In this document: one piece after another, positions 39,200 through 51,900 of the stretch | Layout: the number at the start of each line of letters is the position of its first letter | Numbering within the stretch: the first letter of the stretch is position 1 | Source of the DNA: Amoebophrya sp. A120 | Lineage: Eukaryota; Protista; Dinoflagellata | Direction: 5' to 3' | NCBI GenBank assembly: GCA_905178155.1 | Contig: CAJINV010000013.1 | Span: 920,344-984,343, forward strand | DNA: 64,000 nucleotides | The notes under the pieces: generated by a model | The model's input: the letters and a program-made list of their open reading frames with translations, nothing else | The model's database searches: none | What the model was told of the DNA's origin: nothing | Made by a program: the position numbers and the translations under genes

Positions 39200-41341
39200 A
39201 TGTACTACGCTCCTGAGCAAGAAATGATGGGGCCCACCTCTTACGGATACCCATCCCAGGAAGGATATGGATACAATGGCAAAAAAGGCAAAGGGGCCGC
39301 AAAAGGCTGGAAGGGTGGAAAGGGCCCTGGTTACTACGGGAAAGGCGGTAAAGGGATGAACTACGCTTCACAGTACCCGGCAGACTGGGACTTCATGGGT
39401 GACGGTCCTGTCATGATCCGGCAGCAAATGAAAATGACGGAACTTGTGGCACAGACGGTTGGCATTGATTATGACGCGAAGAATAAGTACGTTTTGGAAA
39501 ACACGGCGATGGGTGAAGACCTCCTCATCAATGAGGAGTCGAACTTTTTCGAACGGCAAGCTTGCGGCAACCGGCGCGAGCTGGACTTTTATCTTCACGC
39601 TGGCCCGACGAAGGACCACGAGGTTTTATTGCAGATGAAGAAAAACTTCCACTGTGTCGACTGTTGCCCGCTCATGCTGTGCATGCGACCCGAATTGCAG
39701 GTGATTTCGCCCTACACCGGGGAAATCGGAAAGGTGGTCGATCCCTTCAACCTCTGCTGCAACATCACCTGGAACATTTTTGACTACGCTGGGAACAGCT
39801 ACGGGGGTGTGGACTACACGGGGCAAAATACCTTTTCTGTGGAGGGAAATTGCTGCCAGTGTGGCTTCCTCTTCTGCTACGCATTGCAAACTACAAAAAA
39901 CATGTCTGGGTGATCTGGAAGAGTGCTGCAAGAAGTGGGTCAACAAGAACATGCTTGTCTCGCATAAACGTGGTCGTAGGGTAGTTTAGTACAACACACT
40001 GCGATGTGGCGAGGGCAGGGAAAAAGTATCGCTCTTGCCTGTCATGCAAAAACGCAGGTTGCGTTTGCCATGCGGAAATCGAATCACGTTCCAGCTCAGA
40101 AACTTGTCATGCCTGGCTGTGTATTCCAGTGCGCTCATCACTTTTTGCAAGCTACCCCTAGCATTACAACCTGAACCTTCCCGACCCTGACCCAGACATT
40201 ACTTTCATTCCATAGCTGCCCCTGCTGCTGCGACGCCGAGTTTGAAATCATTGACTTGTATCAGACAGAAAAACAAAAAGGCAGACAGAAAAACAAAAAG
40301 TAAAAGGCATTAAATGCCAAAAAAGAAAATATTTGACATGAGAAGTAAAAGAAAAACTTGTCACGGGCGAGCCCAGCAACACTACGCATGCTGTTTAGGA
40401 AACGCGACTAGTTTTTGCATTACCACTATCATGCCCTGCCTGCTTTTTTCTTTGGGATAACGCGAAATCGCACGGCCCGAGTGGGCGGCTGGTGAAGCGC
40501 GCCGGGGGCATCAAGGAATGTTGCTTCCAGGGACAGGGCGAGGCCTTCGAGATTTTCTTCCCCCCCTACGCGGATGCGCATGACTATGAAAGCGCCAGGA
40601 CCAAATTCGGCAGAGTTAAAATGATTTGCAACGCATGTTTGTTGTAATTAGTACCAGTGCAGCGGGAGGCCCAATGTCTTTCTACTTAGTAAGAGGCGCA
40701 TGACAAATTGTTATGCTGTTTGGGCACTAAAAGCGGCCGCGGTCTCCGTAACAATTCGTGCTATTTTCGTATCTCGATCTCCAATCCCAAATAGCTTTAC
40801 CAGCATCGCCCACACTTGCGTGCCCTCCAACACAGGTTGTTTGTCTATTTCCAACCTTTCCTCTTTGCATATGACGAAACCTTTTCGACTTTGTCGACGA
40901 GTTCGATCCTGACGCTACCATAATGACAAGCAACTGCTGGTGGGGCTCGGGCTGCTTGTGGATATGGTTTACTTCGAAAACGGGCTATCCTATGTAAAAA
41001 CGTCCCCACCACAGAATTGTAGTCATGCAAACCTGCGAGTCTCAGTTGTTGTTTCTCATACGCAGCCATAACCATAAGAGGAGCATTTTCTGATGCTACT
41101 TGGGGTTGGGAGTTCGAGTTACAGACGCTATGCGCTGATCGATTTCTCATGCGGCTCCACTAGCTAAATACGATTACACTGCGATCCGCCCAGAGGACGA
41201 CGTGTCATGCGTGACAGTCAAAATAACCTGTTGGCTTGTGTAGCAAAATAAGTATCCATCCTGACGATGACTCTTGGGTGGGGATGACATTTTTACTCAG
41301 GACAAAGGCACGGCGGCATTTACGACATTGGCGAGGCATAA
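39200..41341 (+). CDS. phospholipid scramblase (PLSCR-like), ~308 aa; exons 39200-39877, 40220-40258, 40465-40584, 40928-40985, 41310-41341
   Basis: Scramblase motifs NKYVL, EESNFFERQACGNRR, Cys-rich CCQCGFLFC|PCCCDAEFEI, GIKECCF..FEIFFP and C-terminal helix KQLLVGLGLLVDMVYFE; the C-terminal half appears only after removing four TIR introns; the start may extend upstream. Confidence 0.88.
39878..40214. mobile_element. introner, decayed family B
   Basis: tac...atgtctgggt / acccagacatt...cata; DR tctgc/gctgc; removal restores the scramblase frame. Confidence 0.8.
40259..40459. mobile_element. introner (decayed)
   Basis: tatcagacagaaaaacaaaaaggcag / ctgcctgcttttttctttgggata; DR acttg/acgcg; 20-bp tandem duplication in the left TIR. 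Confidence 0.75.
40585..40922. mobile_element. introner
   Basis: tatgaaagcgccaggacc / gatcctgacgctaccata; perfect DR atgac. Confidence 0.85.
40986..41304. mobile_element. introner, family C
   Basis: tatcctatgtaaaaacgtccccacc / ggtggggatgacatttttactcaggaca; DR cgggc/aaggc. Confidence 0.8.
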
Positions 41342-43523
41342 TTTCAGTCACACTTTGTTGTCTACTTCGATGGAGGTCGTCCTCAGCTGTTTGTATTTGA
41401 TCGGAAGATGAAGATGTGGATGTGTTCGAAAAGCTCGAGCCTGTGTATCTATGACTATTATACTTGGTCATGTTGCTCCTATGAAAGTGCTAACCCTAAC
41501 GTTCTCACTTGACAGAACGAACACGAGGACACAAGTATAACTTGCATGAATCTCCAGGAGGCGGCGCTCCAGAGACTGCTTGTGAGAGGCATGATGAACT
41601 ACGACGGCGCAGGAAATTAAGTACATCTTGCGGCAGGTCAGGCTGCTTACAATTGATACTCGTCCATCAACCCCTTTTACGTCGAGACATTTCCAGCTGT
41701 TGTTGACTTGAAATTATTTGCACCGGATATCAGGGCCGATCAAGTGGCGGAAGGTGGTGGAGTGGCTGCTTTTTCTGCTCAAAATGCGTAGTGGTAGTGC
41801 AGAAGAAACATCGTCCATGTCCACCGCGGAACTACAAACGTCGATATTATTGTTGAGGAACCACACTGGGGGCCGAAGTACGAAACATCTTTACGATCAA
41901 GCGGTTCCGCCCGACTCACTCCACCGAGTGAAATTTGTTGCCGAGTTTCAGTACTTTCTGTCTGGCCCGGGCTCCTTGTGCTGCAATCAGAGTCACCGTA
42001 CTGTAGGAGTAGAAGAATTAGGAACAGAGGCCTAGCCGCACTGGCGGCAAGCTCCACGCGCACCATCAGCAGTGTAGCCCTGGCCGTTTTTTGCGGTGTC
42101 TCACCACCAGAAGTCCGAACTGCGAGGGTGAATGGGGCGCACCAACTAAAGATCTAAATTTCCAGTGCGGTTCGTGAGTATTAAGTAAGCTATTCTGTTT
42201 TAGTCTTTTAAAAAAACTGTAGAAACTGTCTAAAACCAAAAAAAACTACTGCTATAATTCTTTTGTTTGAACCGCTATCACTATTCTCTCTCGAATGGAC
42301 ACTATTCTCTGTAGGATGAACCGGAAAGTAAGTGTTGCTGTCGTGGACCTCCGTGCTGCGGCTGCCCACAGACCGAGGAGGCAAACAACAGCGAACGTCG
42401 TGACAGTGTAAAGACAATTCTTATTCTAAGTAATTACTTCGAAGCACCAGCGCCAGCCTGATACTCACCTCTCATTCTTGTTGCACAGATCTGGACTTTA
42501 GAGGCAAGGTTGAACCAGTGGTTCACCTCGCCGTCGGACTTCATCTTCTCCTCTTGTTCCGCGTCAATTCTTCTGATTCCAATCAACGTACTTCGATGAG
42601 GTTATCAAAAAGTTCGGTCCTGGCGCTCGTATGCTCGTCGTTCCTCGTCTTCCAAAATATGAATATCTATTGATGTCGGTAATTACAACTCTATTTTGGC
42701 TTCATAATGAATTCGTAAAAACAACAAGCTTCTCGCATAAAGTTAAAGGATTGAATGGTAACACAAAGGCACCAGTGGACGCCTCAACTAAGTATTCGGT
42801 TTCGTGCAAGAGGTCCAGCCGCTTGAAGCTGTAAATAACTTTCGTTGCGCGTCGGTTCCGTAGTGCCTATTAACATGTACATGATATTCGTGCTCTTCGT
42901 CCACGTCATTTTTATCGTCCATCTTTTCTCCGGCAAGAACGTTTTCCTTTTTCATCGGAACTTCCAAGAGGAGCAAAGCTCCCTGGCTTTTGTCTTCAAT
43001 TCGTCTCTCGGTGTCGTCAGAAAAAATTTACAACGTGAAACGACGTAATGTTCTTTCATTGCAATCAGGATGGAGGCATCGAAAACCGTGTTTTTCGTTG
43101 TCTCATCTACGCGTTACCCCACACGACCCAAGAAAAACCTCACATAAAGTAGAACCAACTAAGAACAGAAGTAGATCTTCACGTACAGAAAAGTAGGGTT
43201 ACAGAAAAAATCCTGAAGCAAACAGTAGTAGAAACCAGAAAGCAAAAGTTTTCACCGGTGACGGAGTATTAATAAACCCGAGAAAGCACAAGCTTTTGAC
43301 AAGAGTATAACTTCTTTTCCACCTTCGTACAACCGATTTCCGCTTGCACCAGCTAGAATTCAACATCACGCGACAGCACATCTGGTTCTTGCGTTGCTTG
43401 AAGATACTTAAACACGTTGACCCGCATCATCACAAAGCGCCCTGTTCGACGAGCACACTTACCGGATTTGCAGCTCCCTTCAACATCTTGATCTTCTATC
43501 CGACGGCGAGAGCAACAGAGAAA

Positions 43524-45345
43524 ATGCTCACCGCGCCGGCCACTTCCCTCGCCCGGATGAACGGGGTCGCGACGGCCGCGGCTCTTCTCCTCGCGACGGA
43601 CCTCCTCCATCAACCTCAATTTTTGACAAGTGCCGTCAATGTGGCACAGCTACAGCACAACACTGTCCAGCACAAACGCGCCGGCGCCACGAAGATGATG
43701 AGTAAAAAAACTAAGGTGCACCAGAAGAAGATGAACAAGGAAGGGTGCTCCCCGGAAGCCGAAACGACGACCACGACCACAACCACGACCACCACTGCGA
43801 ATGCTCTCGTGGAAAAAAGCAACCAGGTTTTCCAGCAAAGCTTGTCCGTTTCGGCGGCGCAAGCGAAAGCCGAGCAGGAAGTGAGCGAGATTGTGACGGC
43901 CTTTAAGGCCAGCACTGACGCGGCTTCTGCGGGGACGAGCGCAACATCCTTTCTGGAGACGAAAACGGTCGATGCCGAGGCGCTCAAAACGGCAATCAGT
44001 GACGCGACGGGGAAGCTGGATGCGTTTGATAAAAAAGCTGAATACGCGGGGATCCTGCCGGAAAGCAAGGCGTCCGCTTCCGAACTGAACACCGCCCTCA
44101 AACCGATTTCGGAGGCATTGACACCAGAAGCAGGAGCGACTCCGTCCGATGGCGATGTGGGCATTGCGTTGGCACTGGCCAAGCAAGCTGTGGACTTTAC
44201 AGTCGTCAAGATTTTCACTCGCAAAATGGCAACCCTTGATGCTGCCGTGGCTTACCTTGCGATGAACTCGACCATGGAGGGGGCTTCTACCTCGGATGCG
44301 CTTGTCGAAGCCTTTACCACGGGTGACGCAAGCAAGGCCATGGCTGTTTTCAGTGAGCAAGTGTTTGGCCCGGTCCTGAACGTTTTCGCTGACCCCGCTT
44401 CCAAGTACATGGAGAGTATCGCCGGGGTGGAAATGTTCAAGGAGTATTCCGGTTTGAAGACCTGTGTGGACACGGTCACCGACGCAATGCAGACCCTGGA
44501 AAGCAAAGTGAACAACACCGAAACCACCTCCGTGCTCAAGGAATTCGTCGAGACTTTGGGCCAAGCCTCACGTGCATCCGGGTATCCTCGTGTTCGAAAA
44601 CGTTGATGTCACCTCGTCCCCGTACACTAGCCACAACCTTTCGACGGCGCGCATAGATGATCTTCCTGTATGTTGTCTCGTGCAAAAGAGAATACAATAG
44701 CAGGAATAGGTGGCGTCAACATAACTAGATGAGCCACAACCTATAGCACGAATTTTGGGTCGTGGAAGATTTATACAATGAAATAATTGTAGCTGTGTAT
44801 AATAATAGCCTTCTTTTTCCCCAAAGCGACGCCTACCTAAGTTTAAGTAGGTCTTGGGCTGGGGGGCGGGCTGCTGGGTGAACGTCATTTTTCGACGGGA
44901 TAGAGGAGAATCTGCCTACAAGGAGATTGTCCAGCCGAACATCGAATCGCTGTTCACGAAACAAGCTGAGCATGCCTCGGCAGCAGCAGGCACGAAGTCG
45001 AAGATTTCCGAACTTCTCGACGATCATTTGAAGAACGACGCAACTGGACTCGCCCATGATGCGACGACTCTGGGATTGCCTGGCGCCGACAAGTTCAAGG
45101 ACCTCGAGGCGATTCGGGTGGCGATCAAGGACAAGACTCCTGACGAAATCAAGTGGGACGAGTCTGATGTTTTTGCGAATTTCACTATCAAGAGAGATGG
45201 ATATTGCTCCCGTCGCACGTTTCTCGGCTCCCGCTTTATTTCTGATCTTGTGCGTGATCTCTGGAGAAACAGAAAGAAGGCAGAGCCAATTCAGCGGCAA
45301 CCTTCTTCAAAAAACAGAAGCACAATAAACATCACCAAGGACTGA
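43524..45345 (+). CDS. putative secreted Ala-rich helical protein (family copy 1); exons 43524-44582, 44908-45345 (3' end uncertain)
   Basis: Hydrophobic AAALLLA leader, QHK motif, Lys-rich stretch, Cys, poly-Thr, SFLE motif; joins ...ASG|ESAYKEIV. Confidence 0.7.
44583..44902. mobile_element. decayed introner, also readable as GT-AG intron 44582-44903
   Basis: tatcctcgtgttcgaaaacgttgatgtcacc / ggtgaacgtcatttttcgacgggata; DR lost. Confidence 0.65.
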
Positions 45346-45886
45346 TATGATAAAGGATTTCTATCCGTCTGTCAAACGGAACAAATATAGAGGTCGTTCA
45401 CACGACAACTCCTAAGTTGTACTTGATGACTGGCTGGCTGGCAGCCGCAGCGGTGCAACGCCCGCGCCCGGGCTGACCTCTACATAAACACTCTCTTTTG
45501 GTACTTTGCTTCAGCACACTCTTGACTCTGAGAAAATGATTTTGGAATGTAAGTAAGTAGAGTCGTAGCACAAACACATCACGAGATGAAACAAGACGAG
45601 CTAGATGAACATGTTGCGGATGCATAATTTGTCCTATCCCACGAAAAAAGTGTTACAGTTACTTATTTGTTGTAAGTCCAGCAACGCATACGCAAATTTT
45701 CTCTGCATCATGTTGACCAAGGAAGAAAACTTGCAATGCAAAAATCACAAGGGAAAGAACCACGTGTGAAACGAGGAAGGTCGAGAGCATTTCGTACATG
45801 ACCAAAGTTGTCTCTCTTGCCGGTGGTACTGCAACACAAAGCGGAACTACTGTGACACTTTTTCCTTTGCATATTTGTTTCCCCAG

Positions 45887-46463
45887 TATATGCCACTACG
45901 CAGCGGACCTCGACAAGAAGATGACGGAGATGGAAGAACTTGCGAACGTATGAATTGCGAAAGTGTCTGGGTCTGGAATATAGCAACTTGTCATGCTACA
46001 TCTGAATCATACAAGAATCTGTGTTGCATGAGAAGTACCAAAAGCCGTCCATTTTTGACCCGGGGGGTGACGAGAGGGAATTTCTCGTGCAGAATAAGCA
46101 TGATAGAGATCTCAAAGAATCTGTCATGCTAGGTCCTGCATTCCAGATCTCATGGGTCATGGAAAACCTGCATTACAAGTTGCGTACTCTTCCAGACCCA
46201 GACATTTTTGCATTTGATAGAACGCAGCTCCTGGAATCCGCAACTCGTTCAGTGCGGGTAGTGTGAATGACTTGCGGAAAAGCCTTGAAGAAGCAGGCGG
46301 AGCCGCGTGGGCGTCGCTTCCCAGTTTCGAAGACAACAAAAACATGATCGGAGGAGCCATGTCCTGGATGGGAGACAAAATGAATAAAATCAAACCGCCC
46401 TCCTGGTCGTCTGCAGATGTGCAACCTTCTCCAGGAACTACTGGCGGCGTGCTATCATATTGA
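45887..46463 (+). CDS. terminal exons (45887-45948, 46225-46463) of a hypothetical gene, possibly the true 3' end of the 43524 gene
   Basis: CAG acceptor ending at 45886; removal of the family B element gives ...KKMTEMEELAN|AAPGIRNSF...GGVLSY*. Confidence 0.5.
45949..46219. mobile_element. introner, family B
   Basis: tatgaattgcgaaagtgtctgggtctggaa / ttccagacccagacatttttgcatttgata; perfect DR gaacg. Confidence 0.92.
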
Positions 46464-48925
46464 AGAAAAGCGCGGCCCGTATAATTTACATTTCCCAATA
46501 AGAAGGTAGGAAGCTAAGCTTCTTGCGTTCGCGAATAAGCTCAGCAAAAATTATGGAGACAAGCTCCATAATGCTTTATGTTGCAATTGACATTTATCGT
46601 TCCCGCGACACACGTTGTCATTTTCAATGCAGGATGGCCACCGCGATGATTGTGTTGTGACAAGGGTCAACGAGGGAGTTGAAACAGTCAGACGAGTGGA
46701 AGTGGTCCTACTTTTATGCAATACTAGACCGAAAGAAATAAATTATTTGGAAACTTGTTTGCAATCGAAGTGTCCGGAAATAATGGGGACGGGCGCTTTT
46801 CAACTTGATGTCTTCCGTCGCTGGATCATATGGCTTGCGCAGATGAGACCATTTCACCTGGTGGGACCATTTGTATGTGGAACATCGTCGCTTTGTCGTG
46901 CGTAGAAAAGGGCGGTGAAAAAAAATCCTGACTATTCTCTTCATCTGCAGGACGAACTTCTTGGCATGCCAGATTTTGTAGCACGGATGCCCGCATTGTT
47001 CCAAGCTGCTGGTCCATGAATTTTTCATGCAAAGTAGGTTTAAAACAGGCAAACGCAAATTGACCACGGACTACTCACGGGTGGTCATCTCCGATGTCAT
47101 TCCAAGTACAAGGATGACATGGACAAAAAAAAAATCACCCGTCGTTTCGCATTTTGATTTACAAATTTTTGTCGCAGGAGTTGCGATTGTTTCAGCTGGG
47201 CGCACCATAGATTACGACGCACCGCGCGCCGACTTCTCGGGTAACGTGAACGTCCCGACGATCTCGGGCAACGCCCCGCCTTTCTCGGTCTGAGACCATG
47301 AAAGAACGGACATGTCCGTAGCTGCCGGTGCCGGTGCCGCATATCGTCGGCAGAGGAGGAGGAGGGGGAAGTTTACTTATTCAGTTCGAGAAACCCTCGG
47401 AGAAGGCATCCTCGTCCACTTGGAATCTTCATCACCACAAAAAAAAGAAAGCGAGTATTTTTTTACTATTTTTGCGAAAAAAATCTGTAAAGAGGCCTAT
47501 ATCGAGTTTCTGTTTTTACCTGTACTTGTACTAGATTTTATCGTTTGCCGTTTGTTTTCGCAAAGGTCGACAAAAACCTCAAACCGCGAGGTGACACAAA
47601 AGACAAAAAAAAGAAACCCAAAGAAGCATGGTGGAATCCGTACCCGAGCAAGAGAATATCACTAAGAATAAGACGCACAGAGAACAACCACAACAATTAA
47701 TTCCCGAGAGAACATTTTTTCTGAGCGTTATCCCCAGTTTCACCTAATTTTCAAGAAGTGCTTCGCTGCTTGCTACACGTCGCAGCGATACCCTGCGATG
47801 AGAATAGAACAGTGCAGCTCCGCTGCAGCTCCTTCCACTGGCCGGGGAAAAGTAGAAAGCGCGAAATTAATTCGACGGAGCAGACGAGAAAGGCAAGGGA
47901 AGAATCTTCTTACAACTCATAGTTCATAACTCTGGTTCCTCGACAAGCGACGCTTGGTTTGTTCGTTTTTTTTTTCCTTTTTGTAGCTTTCGATTTTCCA
48001 GCACTTGTCTTCTCGTCACCATCGTCAGCAAAGGTCAGCAGCGCGGTGTTTACTTACATACAACTCCAGCTTCCTGCGTCGATGTTAGAAAGTGAAACAG
48101 AAAAACTCTGATGCTGTTTGTCGTTGGTGGTACTACATGCCACGCAATCTAGTCAATGTCAATATCGTCGTGATGTATTTCTACTTCGTTTATTTCATCC
48201 TCAGTCTCGTTCGCAGAAAAAGGAGAACTTTTCGGTTCTGAATGTCTACGTCCAGGCTTGCCAGAGCTTCATCTGCTTTCGGAAATATATGAATTAATAT
48301 GTTGGACAAGAAAAAAACGTCGTCGGTGTCGGTTGTCGTTTCTTTAGGTTATTTGATCGTCCACCTGATCTAACTCGTCGCAAGATGAGCTACAACGACA
48401 TCGGTCGCCCTTGAGAACACTGCTGCTCTGTGACTGCTGCCGTTGTACTACGTGCATACGAACCTGATGTTGCAGCATGAGGTAGAACCGTGGTCTGCGC
48501 GTTTTGGTTACCTTGATTTTTCGTACAGAAATCGTCCACCTCGTCCGCAACCGTACTTGTAGAAACAGTCGACATGTTGGCAACTAGGTACTACAACATG
48601 GCATTCGTGGTCTTCTACTGTTTTGATTCATCCTAGTAGATAATGATCTTCACAACTTTTTCATGATCAACAGCAGGAAAAACACGATTCCGGAAACAAC
48701 TTTTCGTTGCCTCCTGTCATCTCTTTCGCCAACAACTGGTGGTCCCTTGATATCCTCAAGAACAACCTCCAACTTGACACTCTTGCTCCCCCCGAGGAAC
48801 AAGCAACGGATTCTTGTGCATCGAGGCTCTGCTGCATTTTGCGTTGTGTTGAAACAAATAAAACCTACGAAAAAAAACCACCTAAGTACCTGCTTCGCGA
48901 CTTCTATCAGGCGAAAACAAGGAAA

Positions 48926-51900
48926 ATGTTGAAGTCCTTATCAAATGTAAAAGTGTCTGGGTCTGGAAGAATGCAACTTGTGATGCTGAATTTGGATTCC
49001 AGAAAAATCTGTATTGCATGAGTACCAAAAGGAATGTAATTTTTGCTACGCGGAGAGGGCGTTTGTCATGCGGAGTAGGCATCAGGAAGCCAGCTCAAAA
49101 TCTGTGATGCGCGGTCGTGCATTACAGACATCCTGGGCCAGGCAAAACGTGCATGACAAATCGGCCCGGTCCTGTTTAGTCGCAGGTCGGTGTCAGTGAG
49201 ATCAGAATTCACATGTTAAGTAACGCACGCCGGCTCCTAGCAAAAAAAAAAAATGATGAATTTATATGCGAATGGGGCCCAATCAAAAAAAAAAAACGTG
49301 CATGACAAATCTCAGAATCTTCCAGACCCAGACATTTTTACATTTGATAGTCCTTCCGGTCGAACAACAAACACCTGAAGGCCGCTTCGGCGGCTCTTCT
49401 CTTCGCGGCGGACCACCAGCCTTATCCTGCGCAAAAGTATCGTACTCCTAGTTGAAATTGCAGTCATGCATTACAAATCTCCCTTCTTAGGTGAGTCAGC
49501 ATTACAAATTTCATTTTTCGTTTTGGAAAGTAAATTTGTATATGCATTTTTTTTTGCTAGTGCGATACAATAGATACTTTTGCAATGCATAAGCCTCAGC
49601 TGTGGACCAGTGCCGTCACGGTCCAGCTCGCCGCCCAACACAAGCGCGTGAGCAAAGCCAAGGTGCAGCTCCGGGTGCAGGAGAAGAAACAAGGGTGTGC
49701 CGGGGACACGGAAAAAGACACCTCTATCCCGAGGAAACACGTCGAAGCTCCCGCCGCAGAATTGTCATGCATCGATCTAGAAGTTTGCATCCTTCCTTCC
49801 ACAGGAACGGTTGCAATGCACATAAAGTAGAATCAGAATCTCCGTTAGAACTAGAAGCATTTCTAGCCGTGTTGTCGTTCTTTTGGCACTCGTTCTAAAG
49901 AGCTCTGTAAACAGGGCAAGCAGGCGTCTTTTTGATGTGGCTGTTCTTGCTAAACAGCACTTTTCATGTGTGGCTTCCTGGATGTGCGGATTTTTCTCTC
50001 GCGCAGACCACCACAGTCTGGTTATAATCATGTCATGCGTGAGGTGACTCCCAAGAGTTGTTGTGTTGCAGAGTTCGTACTATGCTTGACTAAGATTGGC
50101 GGGTGGGGACGTTTTTACTCGGTACAACTTCTGACGCTGCGAGCAACGCCACGGCGACGGCCGCTCCTACGAACACCACTGACACGACCTATGAGAGTGC
50201 ACAACTCCCCCTCGGCCCCCTCATTTGCCACGCAAGGACGGCGGAGCTCCACTACTATCACTTGTTGATGTTGCCTGTTGCTGGTGGCCATGCTTGCATG
50301 ATACAGATTTCTGCCTGCAGGAGAAGCCCAAACAGTTTACAGTACTAATCTCCTTCATAAATTTTTGATGCAGAGGCTGCACCTTTGTCGAGGACCTCGA
50401 CGCTTCTGGGGCTACTCATGCCGTGCAAACAGAAATGACGGTGAGGGAGAGTCGTGCACTCTCATACGAGGACCCCCACGATCACTACGACGGCTGACGG
50501 TCAAACCGATCCGCCGGCTGAGACCCTACCAGCATGAAAAACAACTCCCCCCCGCCATACTGAAATGAAAATTGAAATAAAGATAAACTTAAATTTCTTT
50601 GTAATGCTGCTTTGTTTCCACGAGTTGAGCCTTCTACTTCTAGTTCTACTTCTTGCATGAAGGAGGCGAGGGCCGTGCACAGCAATCCGCGGGCAGCCTG
50701 CCACGCGTGTTCTGTGCCCACATCATATCATCACTGCCATGCTCAGCAGCTACACAACTGTGGCACGCCGAAACTCATTCATAATAACAAGCACACCCGG
50801 ACCCGCAGCCGGTGGGTGCAACATGAAGCCGGTGCGTGGCTGCGAGCAGTCAGCAGCGGCAGTTCTTTTTTGACTATGGGGACGAGGGGGGATCATGTTT
50901 CCAAAGGATTTCTGACGGCTGATACGATAGAGAAAAATCCCGTGAGTGACTGTGAATTTGGTGCGCCGCGGAGGAGTCTTGCAGAATGAAAAGTCTGCTA
51001 AGTACGCTTTTTGCGGTTGATGTCGTGTTTCAAATGAAGGTGTTGTACAGCTACAGCAGTCAGGGGCTGGCGCTCTACTCCTATTCAGGTCATTCTCATG
51101 CAGTCTCGTCAAAGTGGACGACCTGGACTGCAACAAGAGAATAAAGATTGTCCGAGCCTCGCGATCATGAATATTTCCTACATGCTCAACCACAACCTCA
51201 AAGTCAGCATAGTATGTAAAGCAATCTTTTCATGGTAGCACGTAGCTGCCCCAACATGTTTTGGTTTTCTTGGCGGGCGAGAGGATGTCGCAGCTCGCAC
51301 GAGTTCTGCCTGCTGCGCTCCTCTTGCAGCAAACGACGCCACCTTCTGCGGCCTGCGTGCTGGGTCATGTTTACTTACATGATAGTTTTTATTTGCAACT
51401 ACAAATACAAATAAAAGTTGTAGAGAACTACAAGTCCGCAGCTCCTCCAGGCCCATGACCTTGTCGTATCAAAATTATTGTCACTCAAGCTTTTTTCCGT
51501 TGTACACGCACTCCGACGATTCCGCAAAGCGTTGAGGTGACGCAACCGCAGCTGGACGCCGAGGCGTCGCTCAGCCCGATTGCTGTGAAATTGCAGCAGG
51601 GACTTCAAACGGTGAAAGACCTGCAGTCCGGCGGCTCTTTCCTGCAAACGCAAGAAAATGAACATGACGACGCGGAGGCCGCCAGGGCCGCGCTTCAAAC
51701 GGCATTGTACGCTGCGGCCAATGACGCAAAAACGGAACTGGACAAATTTCTTGCTGAGCATGATGAGGCTAACGTGCTGCCGGAAACCTGGGCCTACGCG
51801 CAAAAGATGGTTGCAACGTTGGGACCGATTGTCGATGCCATGAAAGATGGCGAAAGTCCGACCATGGAAGATGCAAAAGCGGCATACGTCGTGCTCATGG

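Noticed and set aside
47027-47293. Possible small spliced gene (TDYSRVVISDVIP / GVAIVSAGRTIDYDAPR...)
   Set aside because: Coding-like, but I could not establish a start, consistent splice phase or homology
50527-51510. Further introners and exons within the 48926 gene
   Set aside because: Only weak inverted matches; boundaries could not be fixed, so left unresolved
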